DNA of 64,000 nucleotides from an uncultured virus (IMG/VR IMGVR_UViG_3300037067_001693) (lineage: Duplodnaviria; Heunggongvirae; Uroviricota; Caudoviricetes), in the IMG/VR virus record IMGVR_UViG_3300037067_001693, one strand, 5' to 3'. Made by a program: the position numbers and the translations under genes. Every line of letters starts with the position of its first letter. Position 1 is the stretch's first letter. Below the pieces are notes generated by a model. The model did no database searches and had not been told where the DNA came from. It saw only the letters and a list, made by a program, of their open reading frames with translations. Shown here piece by piece: positions 48,845 to 59,132 of the stretch.

Positions 48845-49201
48845 ATGGCTGGCAAAATATCAGATTTCATTATTCAGAAACTAATGGCCTCGGAGCAACA
48901 ACCTCATCAGTCACAGGAACTTCCCTCCCCTGAGGCCGTTGCAGGTTCTGCTCCGGGTCCTGCTGCTACCATGCCCCCACCCCAAGGCGGAGGGCAGGGT
49001 GGAGTAGATCCTATGGTGGATGATATTGCTAAGAAACTGGCTACTATGGAAGGAAGTCCTGACCAGAAGTATCAGATTCTTGTGCAATTAGTGCCTCAAA
49101 TAGCACAGGCCTTTATGATGAGGATGCAACAGGAGCAGCAAGGTGGACAGGGTAGCGGGTATGATGTTCAGTCTGGTGGGATGGGCAGCCGCAATAATTG
49201 A
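48845..49201 (+). CDS. Gln/Pro/Gly-rich hypothetical protein
   Basis: RBS AGGAGAGG. Confidence 0.55.
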   Translation: MAGKISDFIIQKLMASEQQPHQSQELPSPEAVAGSAPGPAATMPPPQGGGQGGVDPMVDDIAKKLATMEGSPDQKYQILVQLVPQIAQAFMMRMQQEQQGGQGSGYDVQSGGMGSRNN

Positions 49202-49251
49202 CCTTGTGTTGTCTCTTTTTGAAACGGCGCTACCTGATTTGGTAAGGTAAT

Positions 49252-49641
49252 ATGACAGAACAAGATATACAAAAACTGAAACAATCTTTAGGTAACAGTA
49301 GTAAACCACTGTTTGCGGTGCAGTTTTGCAGAAAGTGCAAAAGCACTAAGAAGATTGCTAATCATCATATTACCTATATACCAGAAAAGACTGCACCTTT
49401 GTGTTCGCATTGCCATGCTAAGATAACTGTGTTAAATACAGTAACATCTATTGTTACTGGTATTAATAAAGAGAACGATCTTGAACAGTGTAATATTAAC
49501 AGAAAGAAAGTTTGGAGATGGTTTCTCAGAAAAAGACGTACTATCTCTATCTCAGATGTTCTGGATTTTCTTTGTATTGATTACGACTTCACAGAGGAAC
49601 AGATTGATTACATTACTTATTCTGGCGCACGTTGCCTTTAA
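49252..49641 (+). CDS. HNH-like zinc-binding protein
   Basis: CRKC...NHHITY...LCSHCH. Confidence 0.55.
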   Translation: MTEQDIQKLKQSLGNSSKPLFAVQFCRKCKSTKKIANHHITYIPEKTAPLCSHCHAKITVLNTVTSIVTGINKENDLEQCNINRKKVWRWFLRKRRTISISDVLDFLCIDYDFTEEQIDYITYSGARCL

Positions 49642-49653
49642 CAGAGGTATGAA

Positions 49654-49848
49654 ATGCCATTTAAGATGGTTAAAAGAAGAGGTGGTTACACAGTGAGTTC
49701 ACCCAATAGTGTTCATGGTAAACACATGACTGAGAAGAACGCAAAGAGTCAGATTAAATTGTTGAACGCTGTGGAGCACAATCCTGAGTTTGCTGCGATA
49801 CTTAGGAAGGGTAAGGGAAAGTCTAGTGTTGCGAGGCCTAAAAGCTAA
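49654..49848 (+). CDS. small basic protein upstream of the portal
   Basis: MPF...KNAKSQIKLLNAVEH; TAATG coupling to the portal gene. Confidence 0.6.
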   Translation: MPFKMVKRRGGYTVSSPNSVHGKHMTEKNAKSQIKLLNAVEHNPEFAAILRKGKGKSSVARPKS

Positions 49849-51941
49849 TGAACATTATTGATGATAGTGCAATAATTAAACAGGCTAATTCTGACGGAAC
49901 AGATGATGATGTAAAACTGTTGAATAAGATGATGGAGTGGCTTCACTCAGCAGAGACTGCTACGTCTGAGTCTGATTGGCGTGAGTTGGCCAAAGAATCT
50001 TATGATTTTTACAGTGGCAAACAGGATACGCAAGAGGTTCTTGATCTTCTCGAAGAGCAGAATCGCACTGCTACTGTATACAACGAAACTAAACCTAAGG
50101 TTGATATGCTGATTGGGTTGGCTTCACAAAACAGAAAAGCTCCGATGGTATTTCCAGTTGAGACTAACGATGCCGCACTATCCGAAATAGCCAATGGAGC
50201 ATTTAAACATTTTCGACGTACAGCACGAGTTGCTAGAAACGAGATAGAATGCTTCGAACATATGGCAAAAGCTGGTAGAGCTTTACTGCATTTCTATATT
50301 TCAGGGGATGATCCATATGCACCTGAAATTAAGAGTAAAAGGATACATGGGAGGGACTATTGGCTTGATCCGTTATCTGTTGAATATGATCTTTCAGATG
50401 CTCGCTTCATCTTTGTTGATAAATATTTTAGTAAAGAAGATTTGGAATACTATTTCCCAGATCTCAAAGCGGATGAGATGGCCCAACTTTCGCAGAGTAA
50501 TCCAGAAAATCCGTCTTTCTACTCACAAGAAAGAAATATGTATCGTGTTACAGAATGCTGGTATCGAAAGATTGAAAAAGTATATTGGGTGCAGAATCCG
50601 TTAACTAAACGTAATGAACCACTTACGGTAAAAGAATATAGTGATTTTAAAAAGAAGATCAAAGAAGGTATTACACTTCCTAGTGGGCAAGTTCTGCAAA
50701 AGGAGCAATTTCCTGCTATTGATAAACTTAAGAAAACTGTATATTATGCAATATTTTCTAATACTAAAGTAATTAAAAAAGGTCCTTCTCCTTATCGTCA
50801 CGGAGAATTTCCTTATATTCAATTTGGTGCGTATAAGGATGATGATACTAACGCCTGGTTTGGCGCTATTGAAGCTATGAAAGATCCTCAAAGAGGGATC
50901 AATGTTATGAGGAGACAACTTCAGCATCTTCTTCAAACTGCTCCTAAAGGTATCTTCATGCACGAAGTTGGTACAGTTATTGATATTGAAGGTTATGAAA
51001 ATAGGTCATCTGAACCAAATTTTCATATGGAACTTGCGCAGGGAGCACTTACAAAAGGGCAAGTTAAGTTTAGCGAGCAACCTCAGATCAGTCCTGTCTA
51101 TGCACAGTTGATAGGTTTAGATACTCAGACAATGAAGGATGCGTCTGGTATTCAAGACTCCTTAATGGGTCAGCAAACCTCCTCCAGGGAGCCTGGAGTG
51201 ACAGTTAGGATGAGACAGGAAACAGGGCTTGCCGTTCTTTTTATCATCTTTGATAACTATAGAGAATCGCGGATGCAAGCGGGAAAGCAACTTCTTTCAC
51301 TTATGCAACAGTATGTAACAGATGAACAACTTATACGAATTGAAGGTGAAGAAGGTGCAAAGCTTATTCAGATCAACTCACAGAAAGACCCCAACGCTCC
51401 TGGATTTAACGATATATCTGTTGGTAAGTACGACTTGGTCATTGATGAAGCTGTGGAAAACCAGACAATGCGTATGGCTACGGCGCAGATGCTTACTGAT
51501 TACAGCCAGAATAATCCCGGAACCATTCCTCCAGATCTGATCATGGAGTATTCTGATCTTCCGTTGACTGCTATTACTAAGGTAAAAGAGTATAGCAAAA
51601 TGATGATGGAACGGGAAGAGCGGATAAAGATGGCATCTGTGCAGGCTGGGCAACAAGATCAGCAGGCAAAGTTAGAACTGGAAAAGATGGCCTTGGATGT
51701 TAAATTGCAGATCGCATCAATGGATGCTAATATTAAGTTGCTTATTGCAAGTCTGCAGAGCGAAACAAATAAGGAAGTTAACGAGGACCAACTTATTGTG
51801 CAGCACAAAGAGCATCTTGATACGTTGGAGCACGAAAGTGGTGTGATACAAGCTCAACTTGGCGTTGGGCATAAAGAGCACCTTGACAATGTCGAGACTG
51901 CAAGGATGGAGAAAAAGGATAAGGTTAAGAGTGAAGGGTAA
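49848..51941 (+). CDS. portal protein (P22-like)
   Basis: YDFYSGKQ, YNETKPKVD, V.ECWYR, FGAIEAMKDPQ..IN, GKYDLVID; C-terminal coiled coil. Confidence 0.88.
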   Translation: MNIIDDSAIIKQANSDGTDDDVKLLNKMMEWLHSAETATSESDWRELAKESYDFYSGKQDTQEVLDLLEEQNRTATVYNETKPKVDMLIGLASQNRKAPMVFPVETNDAALSEIANGAFKHFRRTARVARNEIECFEHMAKAGRALLHFYISGDDPYAPEIKSKRIHGRDYWLDPLSVEYDLSDARFIFVDKYFSKEDLEYYFPDLKADEMAQLSQSNPENPSFYSQERNMYRVTECWYRKIEKVYWVQNPLTKRNEPLTVKEYSDFKKKIKEGITLPSGQVLQKEQFPAIDKLKKTVYYAIFSNTKVIKKGPSPYRHGEFPYIQFGAYKDDDTNAWFGAIEAMKDPQRGINVMRRQLQHLLQTAPKGIFMHEVGTVIDIEGYENRSSEPNFHMELAQGALTKGQVKFSEQPQISPVYAQLIGLDTQTMKDASGIQDSLMGQQTSSREPGVTVRMRQETGLAVLFIIFDNYRESRMQAGKQLLSLMQQYVTDEQLIRIEGEEGAKLIQINSQKDPNAPGFNDISVGKYDLVIDEAVENQTMRMATAQMLTDYSQNNPGTIPPDLIMEYSDLPLTAITKVKEYSKMMMEREERIKMASVQAGQQDQQAKLELEKMALDVKLQIASMDANIKLLIASLQSETNKEVNEDQLIVQHKEHLDTLEHESGVIQAQLGVGHKEHLDNVETARMEKKDKVKSEG

Positions 51942-52018
51942 TTTGGTTTTGTGTTGTTTCCTTTTATCGACACAATACCAGCAAACATTTATTTGAACTG
52001 AGAGGGAGGGAATTTAAG

Positions 52019-52999
52019 ATGGCATTTACAGCGGAAGAATTAATGACTATGCAAGATGAGGCAGAGAAAGAATTGGCAGACTCGCTTGAGGTAGATCCTA
52101 AAATCGACGCTTCTGTTAAAGAAGATACTAAAGTTGACGATAAGAAGGAGGGCGAAGATGGCAAAGCAAAAGGTGAAGAAGGCAAAGACACCTCTGACAC
52201 TAAAGGAGACGTTGGCACCAAAAAAGAAGAAGTCAAAAAAGAAGAAGTAAAGGTTGATGATAAGAAGGATGATAAGAAGGATGATAAGAAAGAAGAACTT
52301 CAGGATGATGAGGAAGTTCGAGAGTTGCGTGCTGTAACAAGAGCACAAAAGGCTGAACTTGATAAGATAACAAAGGAGTATGAAAGATTAAATAAACTTT
52401 TGGAGTCAAAGGGACTTGTCGACGAAGATGACAAAAAACTTCGTAGTGACGAAGAAGCTGCTGCTCGTGCTAACTACGAGAAAAGACTAACATATCTGGG
52501 AGATATGCTTGAGATTATGAAGGTTAATCCTAAATTTGAGGATGTCGAGACCGTTGTATCCCAGCGACACTTTGATGATATGATAGTAGCGCTGGCCAAG
52601 TACCACGTTAGTCAAAAGGGTGGTGATGTTACACAGGTGATGTCCGAGGTCGAAAGGGAGATCTGGTCACTTGCTAATCCGTATAAGTATATGTACGAGA
52701 TGGTTAAGAAGTATCACCCCGACTACGTACAGGTTGAAGAGCCAGTTGCTAAGCAGAAAGACGAGAAGGTAGACAAGAAAGAGTCTGTTGACGAGAAGAA
52801 GTCTGATGAGAAAAAGGAAGATGTTAAAGAGGATAAAAAGCCTAAAGAGCAGGCAATGAGTCTTCAGGATCTTCCTGGCGGTGGCGGCAAAGATGGAGGC
52901 GGATGGACTTCTGCTAAGATTGATGCGATGGATGAAGATGAACTTTCAAAAGTTCCTAAAGATATTTACGAAAAGTATCTTAAGAACGACTTACCATAA
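52019..52999 (+). CDS. capsid scaffolding protein
   Basis: Highly charged; lies between portal and capsid genes. Confidence 0.7.
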   Translation: MAFTAEELMTMQDEAEKELADSLEVDPKIDASVKEDTKVDDKKEGEDGKAKGEEGKDTSDTKGDVGTKKEEVKKEEVKVDDKKDDKKDDKKEELQDDEEVRELRAVTRAQKAELDKITKEYERLNKLLESKGLVDEDDKKLRSDEEAAARANYEKRLTYLGDMLEIMKVNPKFEDVETVVSQRHFDDMIVALAKYHVSQKGGDVTQVMSEVEREIWSLANPYKYMYEMVKKYHPDYVQVEEPVAKQKDEKVDKKESVDEKKSDEKKEDVKEDKKPKEQAMSLQDLPGGGGKDGGGWTSAKIDAMDEDELSKVPKDIYEKYLKNDLP

Positions 53000-53011
53000 A
53001 GGAGATAAGCA

Positions 53012-54058
53012 ATGGCCGGAAATCCTAAGACACAGTTTTTGACAAGTGATGCCCTTACCAGAAAAAAATGGGCACGAGATCTTTTTTCAGTACTGCTTCC
53101 GGCAACTGAATTTAATGATCTAACTGGTAAAGATAGTAACGCCATTATTCAGATGAAGACGGAGCTTGCTAAAGGTGAGGGTGATACGATTACCTTTGGT
53201 CTGCGGCTTCCTCTGACTGGCACTGGTGTGCAGGGAAACGATCCGGTTGAAGGAAATGAAGAGAAACTGATCTTCAAGAACTTTGCCGTGACGATTGAAG
53301 AACTTAATCATGCTGTTGATACTGGCGGCAAGATGGAAGAGCAGAGGATTCCTTACGATCTTATGGTTGAGGGGAAGAATGGTCTGCAGGATTGGTGGGC
53401 TGCAAAACTGTCTGACTATGCCTTTGCTGTTCTTTGTGGAGATACCAGTTATAATGTGGTTGCTGGAAAAGGTACGTTTGCTACGGCAATTACGGCTCCG
53501 ACGTCAGGTCATGCTCTTCTGATGAATGATGTTGCTGAGGCGTCGATGACCAGTGCTGATATGCTCGACCTGACCTTCCTTAACAGAATGAAACAGCGTG
53601 CGGAAATGCCCTCTACTGGTTGTTATAAAGTGCGTCCTCTGATGATTGGTGGAAAGAAATACTTTAGAGTTATTCTTCACACCTACGTTTTTGACGCTCT
53701 TCGTGAGAATACTAACGTGGGACAGTGGGGCGATCTGCTTCGTTCGGCTAACAAATTGGCAGTTCCTGGCGTCGAAATTGAATATAACGGGATGCTGATC
53801 TCCAAATCTGAGCGCGTTAGATCTCCCTCGTCTGGTGTCTATCGCAATCTGCTACTTGGTTGTCAGGCCGCTGTGTTCGGTTGGGGTGGTGCTGGTGATT
53901 CCAAGTCTACTACGATGGCCTTTGTTCCTTATCAGAAAGATGCCAACCGTTTCATGATGGTTCGAGGTGGTGGTATTTTTGGTATGGCTAAGTCTATCTT
54001 TAACTCCGAAGACTACGGCGTGATTGTCGGATCTTCATACGGCGCAGCGATCGGTTAA
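53012..54058 (+). CDS. major capsid protein (N4-gp56/DUF4043 family)
   Basis: ELAKGEGDTITFGL..PLTG.GV.G....EGNEE.L; RNLLLGCQA. Confidence 0.88.
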   Translation: MAGNPKTQFLTSDALTRKKWARDLFSVLLPATEFNDLTGKDSNAIIQMKTELAKGEGDTITFGLRLPLTGTGVQGNDPVEGNEEKLIFKNFAVTIEELNHAVDTGGKMEEQRIPYDLMVEGKNGLQDWWAAKLSDYAFAVLCGDTSYNVVAGKGTFATAITAPTSGHALLMNDVAEASMTSADMLDLTFLNRMKQRAEMPSTGCYKVRPLMIGGKKYFRVILHTYVFDALRENTNVGQWGDLLRSANKLAVPGVEIEYNGMLISKSERVRSPSSGVYRNLLLGCQAAVFGWGGAGDSKSTTMAFVPYQKDANRFMMVRGGGIFGMAKSIFNSEDYGVIVGSSYGAAIG

Positions 54059-54070
54059 GGAGGTTTTAGC

Positions 54071-54481
54071 ATGGCTACTGATTTTTACACCAATGCTTTT
54101 GCGGACAATCTGAGACTTGCCAAAAGCAAGCTTGTGATCAGTCCAGATGACGGGACCTACAATATTATTAGGATTCCTAAATACGCCTTTGTTAGAGACG
54201 TATGGCTGCAGATTACTACTGCAACTAATGTGGAACCTACTACTTGTACGGTTGGCTGGTTAGGCAACGGTGAGACTGCCGTGACGAATGGCTTTATCAC
54301 AACCGATGTTGCTGATCCTACTAAGACTGGACTTAAAAGGGCTCAGAAGGATACTGTTACTACTTTCGAAGGAAAGTATTTCAGTGGTGCTTCTGGTATT
54401 ATTACTTTCACATTTGCGGCTGGTTCCGCAACAACCCTGGGTACTTACAGAGTTTTCTGTGACTACACTGTAATTCATTAA
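54071..54481 (+). CDS. putative capsid decoration/cement protein
   Basis: Directly after the MCP gene; beta-rich; distantly similar to the next three genes. Confidence 0.55.
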   Translation: MATDFYTNAFADNLRLAKSKLVISPDDGTYNIIRIPKYAFVRDVWLQITTATNVEPTTCTVGWLGNGETAVTNGFITTDVADPTKTGLKRAQKDTVTTFEGKYFSGASGIITFTFAAGSATTLGTYRVFCDYTVIH

Positions 54482-54493
54482 GGAGGTTAGAAA

Positions 54494-55027
54494 ATGGCTA
54501 CTACAGCAACGATTGCAGATTACAGACGATCTGACCTCCGTACGAATGCTTTGGAAACTCCGTTCTGGATTTCCTCAGCAATCGTTGATGCGGCGGCAGT
54601 TTCAGGTCTGAAAGACAAAGCATGTCTTCTGTTTTCATTTCCCAAAGCAGACCAAAAAAATATTATCTGGGATATTACTTGCCAGATTATTACAGAGTTT
54701 ACGGCAACAACGACTATTAAAGTTGGTTATGGAACTATTGCAACAGACGCAGTTACCACTGCAGGAACTATGACGTATGCAGGAGCAACTACTGATAACT
54801 TCATGACCAATGCTAACTTTACTGCCATTACTGCAGCTTGGTATACTCCTGCTGCAGCAAATACATGGTTGACTGCGAGGGCTGCAGGAACGCATACGGA
54901 GGCAGCAAATCTTCTTACAGGGGCGGCTACTACTGTTCCTTGTGTGACATTAACTTTTGGCACTGCAACAGTAATTGTTGGGAAGATCCAGGTTCATATG
55001 CAGATTGCCGTTATTCCTGGAACATAG
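54494..55027 (+). CDS. putative decoration protein, paralog 1
   Basis: DYRR.D.RTN...PFW...VSGL..KAC.LFSFP. Confidence 0.65.
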   Translation: MATTATIADYRRSDLRTNALETPFWISSAIVDAAAVSGLKDKACLLFSFPKADQKNIIWDITCQIITEFTATTTIKVGYGTIATDAVTTAGTMTYAGATTDNFMTNANFTAITAAWYTPAAANTWLTARAAGTHTEAANLLTGAATTVPCVTLTFGTATVIVGKIQVHMQIAVIPGT

Positions 55028-55038
55028 GAGGTTTATAG

Positions 55039-55566
55039 ATGTCAACTGCAACGATTCAGGATTATAGAAGAACTGATCAGCGTACTAACGCGCTGGAGAA
55101 TCCGTTCTGGCTTACTTCTGCGGTTGTGGACGGAGCAGCAGTATCTGGTCTTGCTGACAAGGCTTGTGTACTGTTTTCCTTTCCTAAAGCAGGAGAGAAG
55201 ATTATTATCTGGGATGTGTGGCTTCATATCATCCTGGGTTTTACGTCAGGTACTACTATCGACGTAGGTATTTATACGTTACTGACTGATGCTGTGACTA
55301 CAGCAGGTGACGCTACTCTTGTAGGAACTATTAATCAGTTGATTCCTACGGCAACAACTGTGGATGCTACTACGATTGGTTGGTATGGAGCTACGGCAAG
55401 CGATTGGCTTACGGCAAGAGCTGCTGGTACGCATGTTGCTAATAACAATATGATTACTGGTGTTGCTGCAGCAGTTCCTTGTATTGCGATGACTCCTAAG
55501 GTTGCAACTATTATTGTGGGTAAAGCTCAGTTGCACCTACTTGTGAGTATTATTCCGGGGACGTAG
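55039..55566 (+). CDS. putative decoration protein, paralog 2
   Basis: Same motif as paralog 1. Confidence 0.65.
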   Translation: MSTATIQDYRRTDQRTNALENPFWLTSAVVDGAAVSGLADKACVLFSFPKAGEKIIIWDVWLHIILGFTSGTTIDVGIYTLLTDAVTTAGDATLVGTINQLIPTATTVDATTIGWYGATASDWLTARAAGTHVANNNMITGVAAAVPCIAMTPKVATIIVGKAQLHLLVSIIPGT

Positions 55567-55575
55567 GAGGTAAAG

Positions 55576-56088
55576 ATGAGTACAACTGTGCAGGATTACA
55601 GACGAACTGATCTTCGAACTAATCTTGGAGGTGATCCTTTTTGGATCATGTCAGGTTTGATTGACGGAGCAGATGTGTCTGGATTGAAGAACAAAGCCTG
55701 CGTACTGTTCTCTTTTCCTACGGCTAACCAGCAGATTATTATTAGTGGTATTATGGTAAACGTGCTGACTGCGTTTACCACTACCACTACCCTTGAATTA
55801 GGGTTGTGTACTCTTGCAACTGACGCTGTTACTACAGGAGGAGTTGCAACAGTTACGAATGATGATGCTTTTGTTGAGGCGGGAGACATTACTGCAACCA
55901 CAATCGGAAGGTATTATCCGACTGCTGGTGACTTTGTTGATTCGCATGTATCAGGTACCTTTATTGAAGGTGGTAATCTTATTGTAGGAGCAAGTACTGA
56001 TGTTCCTGCGATTGCTATCTTCCCTAAAGTAGCAACTATAATTGTTGGTCAAGTTCAGGTAATGATGCTCATCAGCATTATTCCTTAA
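55576..56088 (+). CDS. putative decoration protein, paralog 3
   Basis: Same motif as paralog 1. Confidence 0.65.
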   Translation: MSTTVQDYRRTDLRTNLGGDPFWIMSGLIDGADVSGLKNKACVLFSFPTANQQIIISGIMVNVLTAFTTTTTLELGLCTLATDAVTTGGVATVTNDDAFVEAGDITATTIGRYYPTAGDFVDSHVSGTFIEGGNLIVGASTDVPAIAIFPKVATIIVGQVQVMMLISIIP

Positions 56089-56103
56089 TAACAGGAGGTT
56101 AAA

Positions 56104-56772
56104 ATGAAGGTTGAAGGAAGAGTTGGAATTATTGCATCTTCTGAGGGAACGGTTAATCCGCTCACTACAGACACTGAAGGAGCCCTTCGTGTTGCAAGTG
56201 CTTCTCATGGAGCAAGGTACGAAGCGGCAGCAAATGGTAAGATTTATTCTCTTGTGCAGACTGCTTGGACAACTAATATTGCTGCGGGGCATTTGTTAGC
56301 AGGAACTGCGGCAGCTAATGTGCAGTTTATTCTGTGGAATCCGATCGACTCTGGCGTAAATATTTCACTGCTTAAATTCAGTGTTAATATCACATCAGGA
56401 ACGAGTCCTATTTCTGGTATGTGGCATGCAGTTGGATCAACTGCTCCTACGATTGCGACAGGTACGTTGGCTGCTGGTTCTTACATTAATAGTCATTACG
56501 CAGGAACGGCTACTTATGATGGTGTCGCTGGTTACTATACACACGTTACTGGCGGAGCGGCAACGGGTGCTTCGATTGCAAGAGTTGTTAGATCAACCGG
56601 TATTTCGCAGACTGCTGGTACGTACGCAGCTTTGGGTGGTATACTGTTGTTTGACAATCTTGACGGAGATATTGTTCTTCCTCCCAATAGTTTCTGGGTT
56701 CCGCAGTGGGCAGCGGCTGGTACCTCAATGCTCGGTGGTTACTCAATTACTTGGGAAGAGATTGATGTTTAA
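56104..56772 (+). CDS. virion structural protein
   Basis: RBS AGGAGG; LWNP..SGVN...GDIVLPP...WEE pattern. Confidence 0.55.
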   Translation: MKVEGRVGIIASSEGTVNPLTTDTEGALRVASASHGARYEAAANGKIYSLVQTAWTTNIAAGHLLAGTAAANVQFILWNPIDSGVNISLLKFSVNITSGTSPISGMWHAVGSTAPTIATGTLAAGSYINSHYAGTATYDGVAGYYTHVTGGAATGASIARVVRSTGISQTAGTYAALGGILLFDNLDGDIVLPPNSFWVPQWAAAGTSMLGGYSITWEEIDV

Positions 56773-56827
56773 TCGTAAGATTCGATCATTAATTGGACGA
56801 AACTGAATAAACGGGAGTATCCGAGTC

Positions 56828-57460
56828 ATGAACTTTTCTGAACTTCAAAGGGAAGTTAAAGCAATAGTGATGGATCAGAGTGCTAATATTCTTATCACTA
56901 TACCTGATGCAATCAACGAGGCCGTTCAACAGGTGGCAGAAGAGGTGGTTCTGCCATCGTTGAAAACCCTCTTTACAGTTACCACAAACACAAGTACCTA
57001 TTATGTCAACTTTCCATCTGGTTTTTCTGGGCGGCTTAGTTACATAGGAGATACTGAAGGTGTTATACCATTGCTTGACGGAGGTCTTGAACAACTCATA
57101 ATTAAGCATCCTGACGTAACTGTAGTTGGAGATATAGAGCATTTGGCACAAGAAGGAAATGTTTTGTACTATCTTCCAATTCCTTCTACTGCCAAGTCTT
57201 TAACTTGCATAGGTTATAACTATCCTGCTACTTTAGTAAATGACACGGATACTCCCTCTGATATACCTGAAATGGTACACAGAGAAACAATTTGTTTTAA
57301 AGCTGCTTCTATTATTTACAGTTATATTGAAGACGGAATAGAACAGGAAAAGGTAAATACTTTAATGTTTGCCGGTTTAGCAAAGACAGGTATGGATAAA
57401 CTTAGTGCGTGGGCGCATCGAAGACGATCCAATGTTGGAACTTCGATTTGGAGTCAGTAA
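56828..57460 (+). CDS. head-tail adaptor-like protein
   Basis: MNFSELQ...INEAVQ...YYLPIP...DTPSDIPEM.H. Confidence 0.6.
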   Translation: MNFSELQREVKAIVMDQSANILITIPDAINEAVQQVAEEVVLPSLKTLFTVTTNTSTYYVNFPSGFSGRLSYIGDTEGVIPLLDGGLEQLIIKHPDVTVVGDIEHLAQEGNVLYYLPIPSTAKSLTCIGYNYPATLVNDTDTPSDIPEMVHRETICFKAASIIYSYIEDGIEQEKVNTLMFAGLAKTGMDKLSAWAHRRRSNVGTSIWSQ

Positions 57461-58371
57461 TGCAGAAAGCGGTTTCTTTACTTAAAAACACAATAGGACT
57501 TAATAATAAGCAATCTGCTACTAAACTTATTTATAATCCTGAGAGTGGTATATGTGAACTTGTTACTGCTTATAATGTAGATATTGAGGATACTGGATCT
57601 GTTTCTAGACGAAAAGGTTTTGGTGTTACAGCAGTAACTGACTCTGTACATTCTTTATTTTATGAAAAAAGTGATTGTTTATTTGTAAGTGGAACTACCC
57701 TATATAGATTAAATTTTGATTATAGTAAAACATCTGTAAAGACAGGACTTACAAGTGGACTTAGAGTATGGTACACACAGGCAAATAATTGTGTTTATTA
57801 TTGTAACGGTGTAGAAAAGGGATACGTTAAAGATGGTATTTGGTATAACTGGGCAGGATCTGCGTATACAGGTCCTATAACTACAAGAAGGTTTAGTGAT
57901 CCTCCTGTTGGTACAGTATTAGGTTTTCATAATGGTCGAGTTTATGTAGGTGTAGATAAGAATATTTGGTTCTCAGAGTATTTAGCCTACGCTTGGTTTG
58001 ATATGGCTAGAAATTTTATAATGATGGAAGGTAATATCCGTGTCATTAAAGGAGTAACTGAAGGAATATATGTTTCAGATGAGTTTTCTACTTATTTCTT
58101 TCAAGGTGGAGATCCTTCTAATTTTAGGTTAAAGTTGGTAGATACAAAGCCTATTATAAAAGGAACTGATTGTTATGTTGATGTTTCCAAGTTTAAAGAA
58201 ATAAACAGAAAAGGAATAGGTGTGATATGGGCATCTTCTACCTCAATATGTCTTGGTTTAGAGGATGGAACTGTAATGGATTTAACAGGTGATAGACTTG
58301 TGTACCCATCAAGTAATTATGGATGTGGTGCAGTTATTAATAACAACTATATTTGCTTTTTGGAGGAATAA
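57460..58371 (+). CDS. tail nozzle/tubular-like protein
   Basis: GLNN...NVDIEDTGSVSRRKGF; beta-propeller-like repeats; TAATG coupling. Confidence 0.55.
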   Translation: MQKAVSLLKNTIGLNNKQSATKLIYNPESGICELVTAYNVDIEDTGSVSRRKGFGVTAVTDSVHSLFYEKSDCLFVSGTTLYRLNFDYSKTSVKTGLTSGLRVWYTQANNCVYYCNGVEKGYVKDGIWYNWAGSAYTGPITTRRFSDPPVGTVLGFHNGRVYVGVDKNIWFSEYLAYAWFDMARNFIMMEGNIRVIKGVTEGIYVSDEFSTYFFQGGDPSNFRLKLVDTKPIIKGTDCYVDVSKFKEINRKGIGVIWASSTSICLGLEDGTVMDLTGDRLVYPSSNYGCGAVINNNYICFLEE

Positions 58372-58374
58372 GAA

Positions 58375-59121
58375 ATGGCACTTAGATTAAGTACACATCT
58401 TAGAAACAAATTGTTGGGTGGTGTTCCTGAAAGACATGTCGCTACTTACACAGCTGTTACAAATGCTGATATAAAAGTGGCATCGACGAGTACTTTTACT
58501 GACGTTATCAGTGGATTTATTACGAAAGGGTTTACTGCAGGTGATTCCATACTTGCGTATGGATTTACTGGTGATATGGCGCAAGTACATGGTCCTTTTA
58601 CTGCAACAGAAGTTCTTGCAGGTCAGATCACAGTATCGGGTACTCCATTATCAGTCGATGCGGCTACTGGTATAAAAGCAACCTTGGTCTGTCTGACAGG
58701 TGGCTCGTTAAAAGATATTTTTAAAGATGGTGTTCTTAAAATTTATAGTGGATCACAACCTTCAGATGCTGATGCAGCTTATACAGGTACGTTACTACTT
58801 ACTGTTACAGTAGCAAGTGGTGCGTTTACCTCAGGTGTTGTTACAAACGGACTAGAGTTTGGCACAGCATCTTCTGGTGCGATTGCTAAGAACAGTGACG
58901 TATGGTCTGGTGTTGCTGCAGCAACAGGAACAGCAGGATACTTTAGATTTTATGCTAACGCAACTGATGCAGGTGGAGCGGATACTACTCCTTTTCTGTA
59001 TTCAAGAATTGACGGAGCGATTGCTTCAAGTGGGTCTGATCTTAATATGTCATCTACTTCTATTACATCTGGAGCAACCACAACTATTGATACATTCCAG
59101 ATAACACTTCCGGCAGCATAA
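58375..59121 (+). CDS. virion structural protein
   Basis: LKIYSGSQP..AD...GTLL, GTAGYFRF, RIDG motifs. Confidence 0.6.
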   Translation: MALRLSTHLRNKLLGGVPERHVATYTAVTNADIKVASTSTFTDVISGFITKGFTAGDSILAYGFTGDMAQVHGPFTATEVLAGQITVSGTPLSVDAATGIKATLVCLTGGSLKDIFKDGVLKIYSGSQPSDADAAYTGTLLLTVTVASGAFTSGVVTNGLEFGTASSGAIAKNSDVWSGVAAATGTAGYFRFYANATDAGGADTTPFLYSRIDGAIASSGSDLNMSSTSITSGATTTIDTFQITLPAA

Positions 59122-59132
59122 GGAGGATTAAA

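Larger units (their letters stand above)
851..56799. repeat. Dispersed palindrome CGTCCA-(W5)-TGGACG, often extended to AAGAWY...RWTCTT; about 15 copies
   Basis: Copies at 851-867, 893-909, 3768-3784, 18086-18102 (degenerate), 21734-21750, 23882-23898, 27757-27773, 32125-32141, 37888-37904, 38032-38048, 39923-39939, 40768-40784 (perfect arms), 42013-42029, 48799-48815, 56783-56799; nearly all intergenic or at gene ends. Confidence 0.85.

Noticed and set aside
52250..52292. GATGATAAGAAG tandem repeat
   Set aside because: Encodes low-complexity DDKK in the scaffold protein
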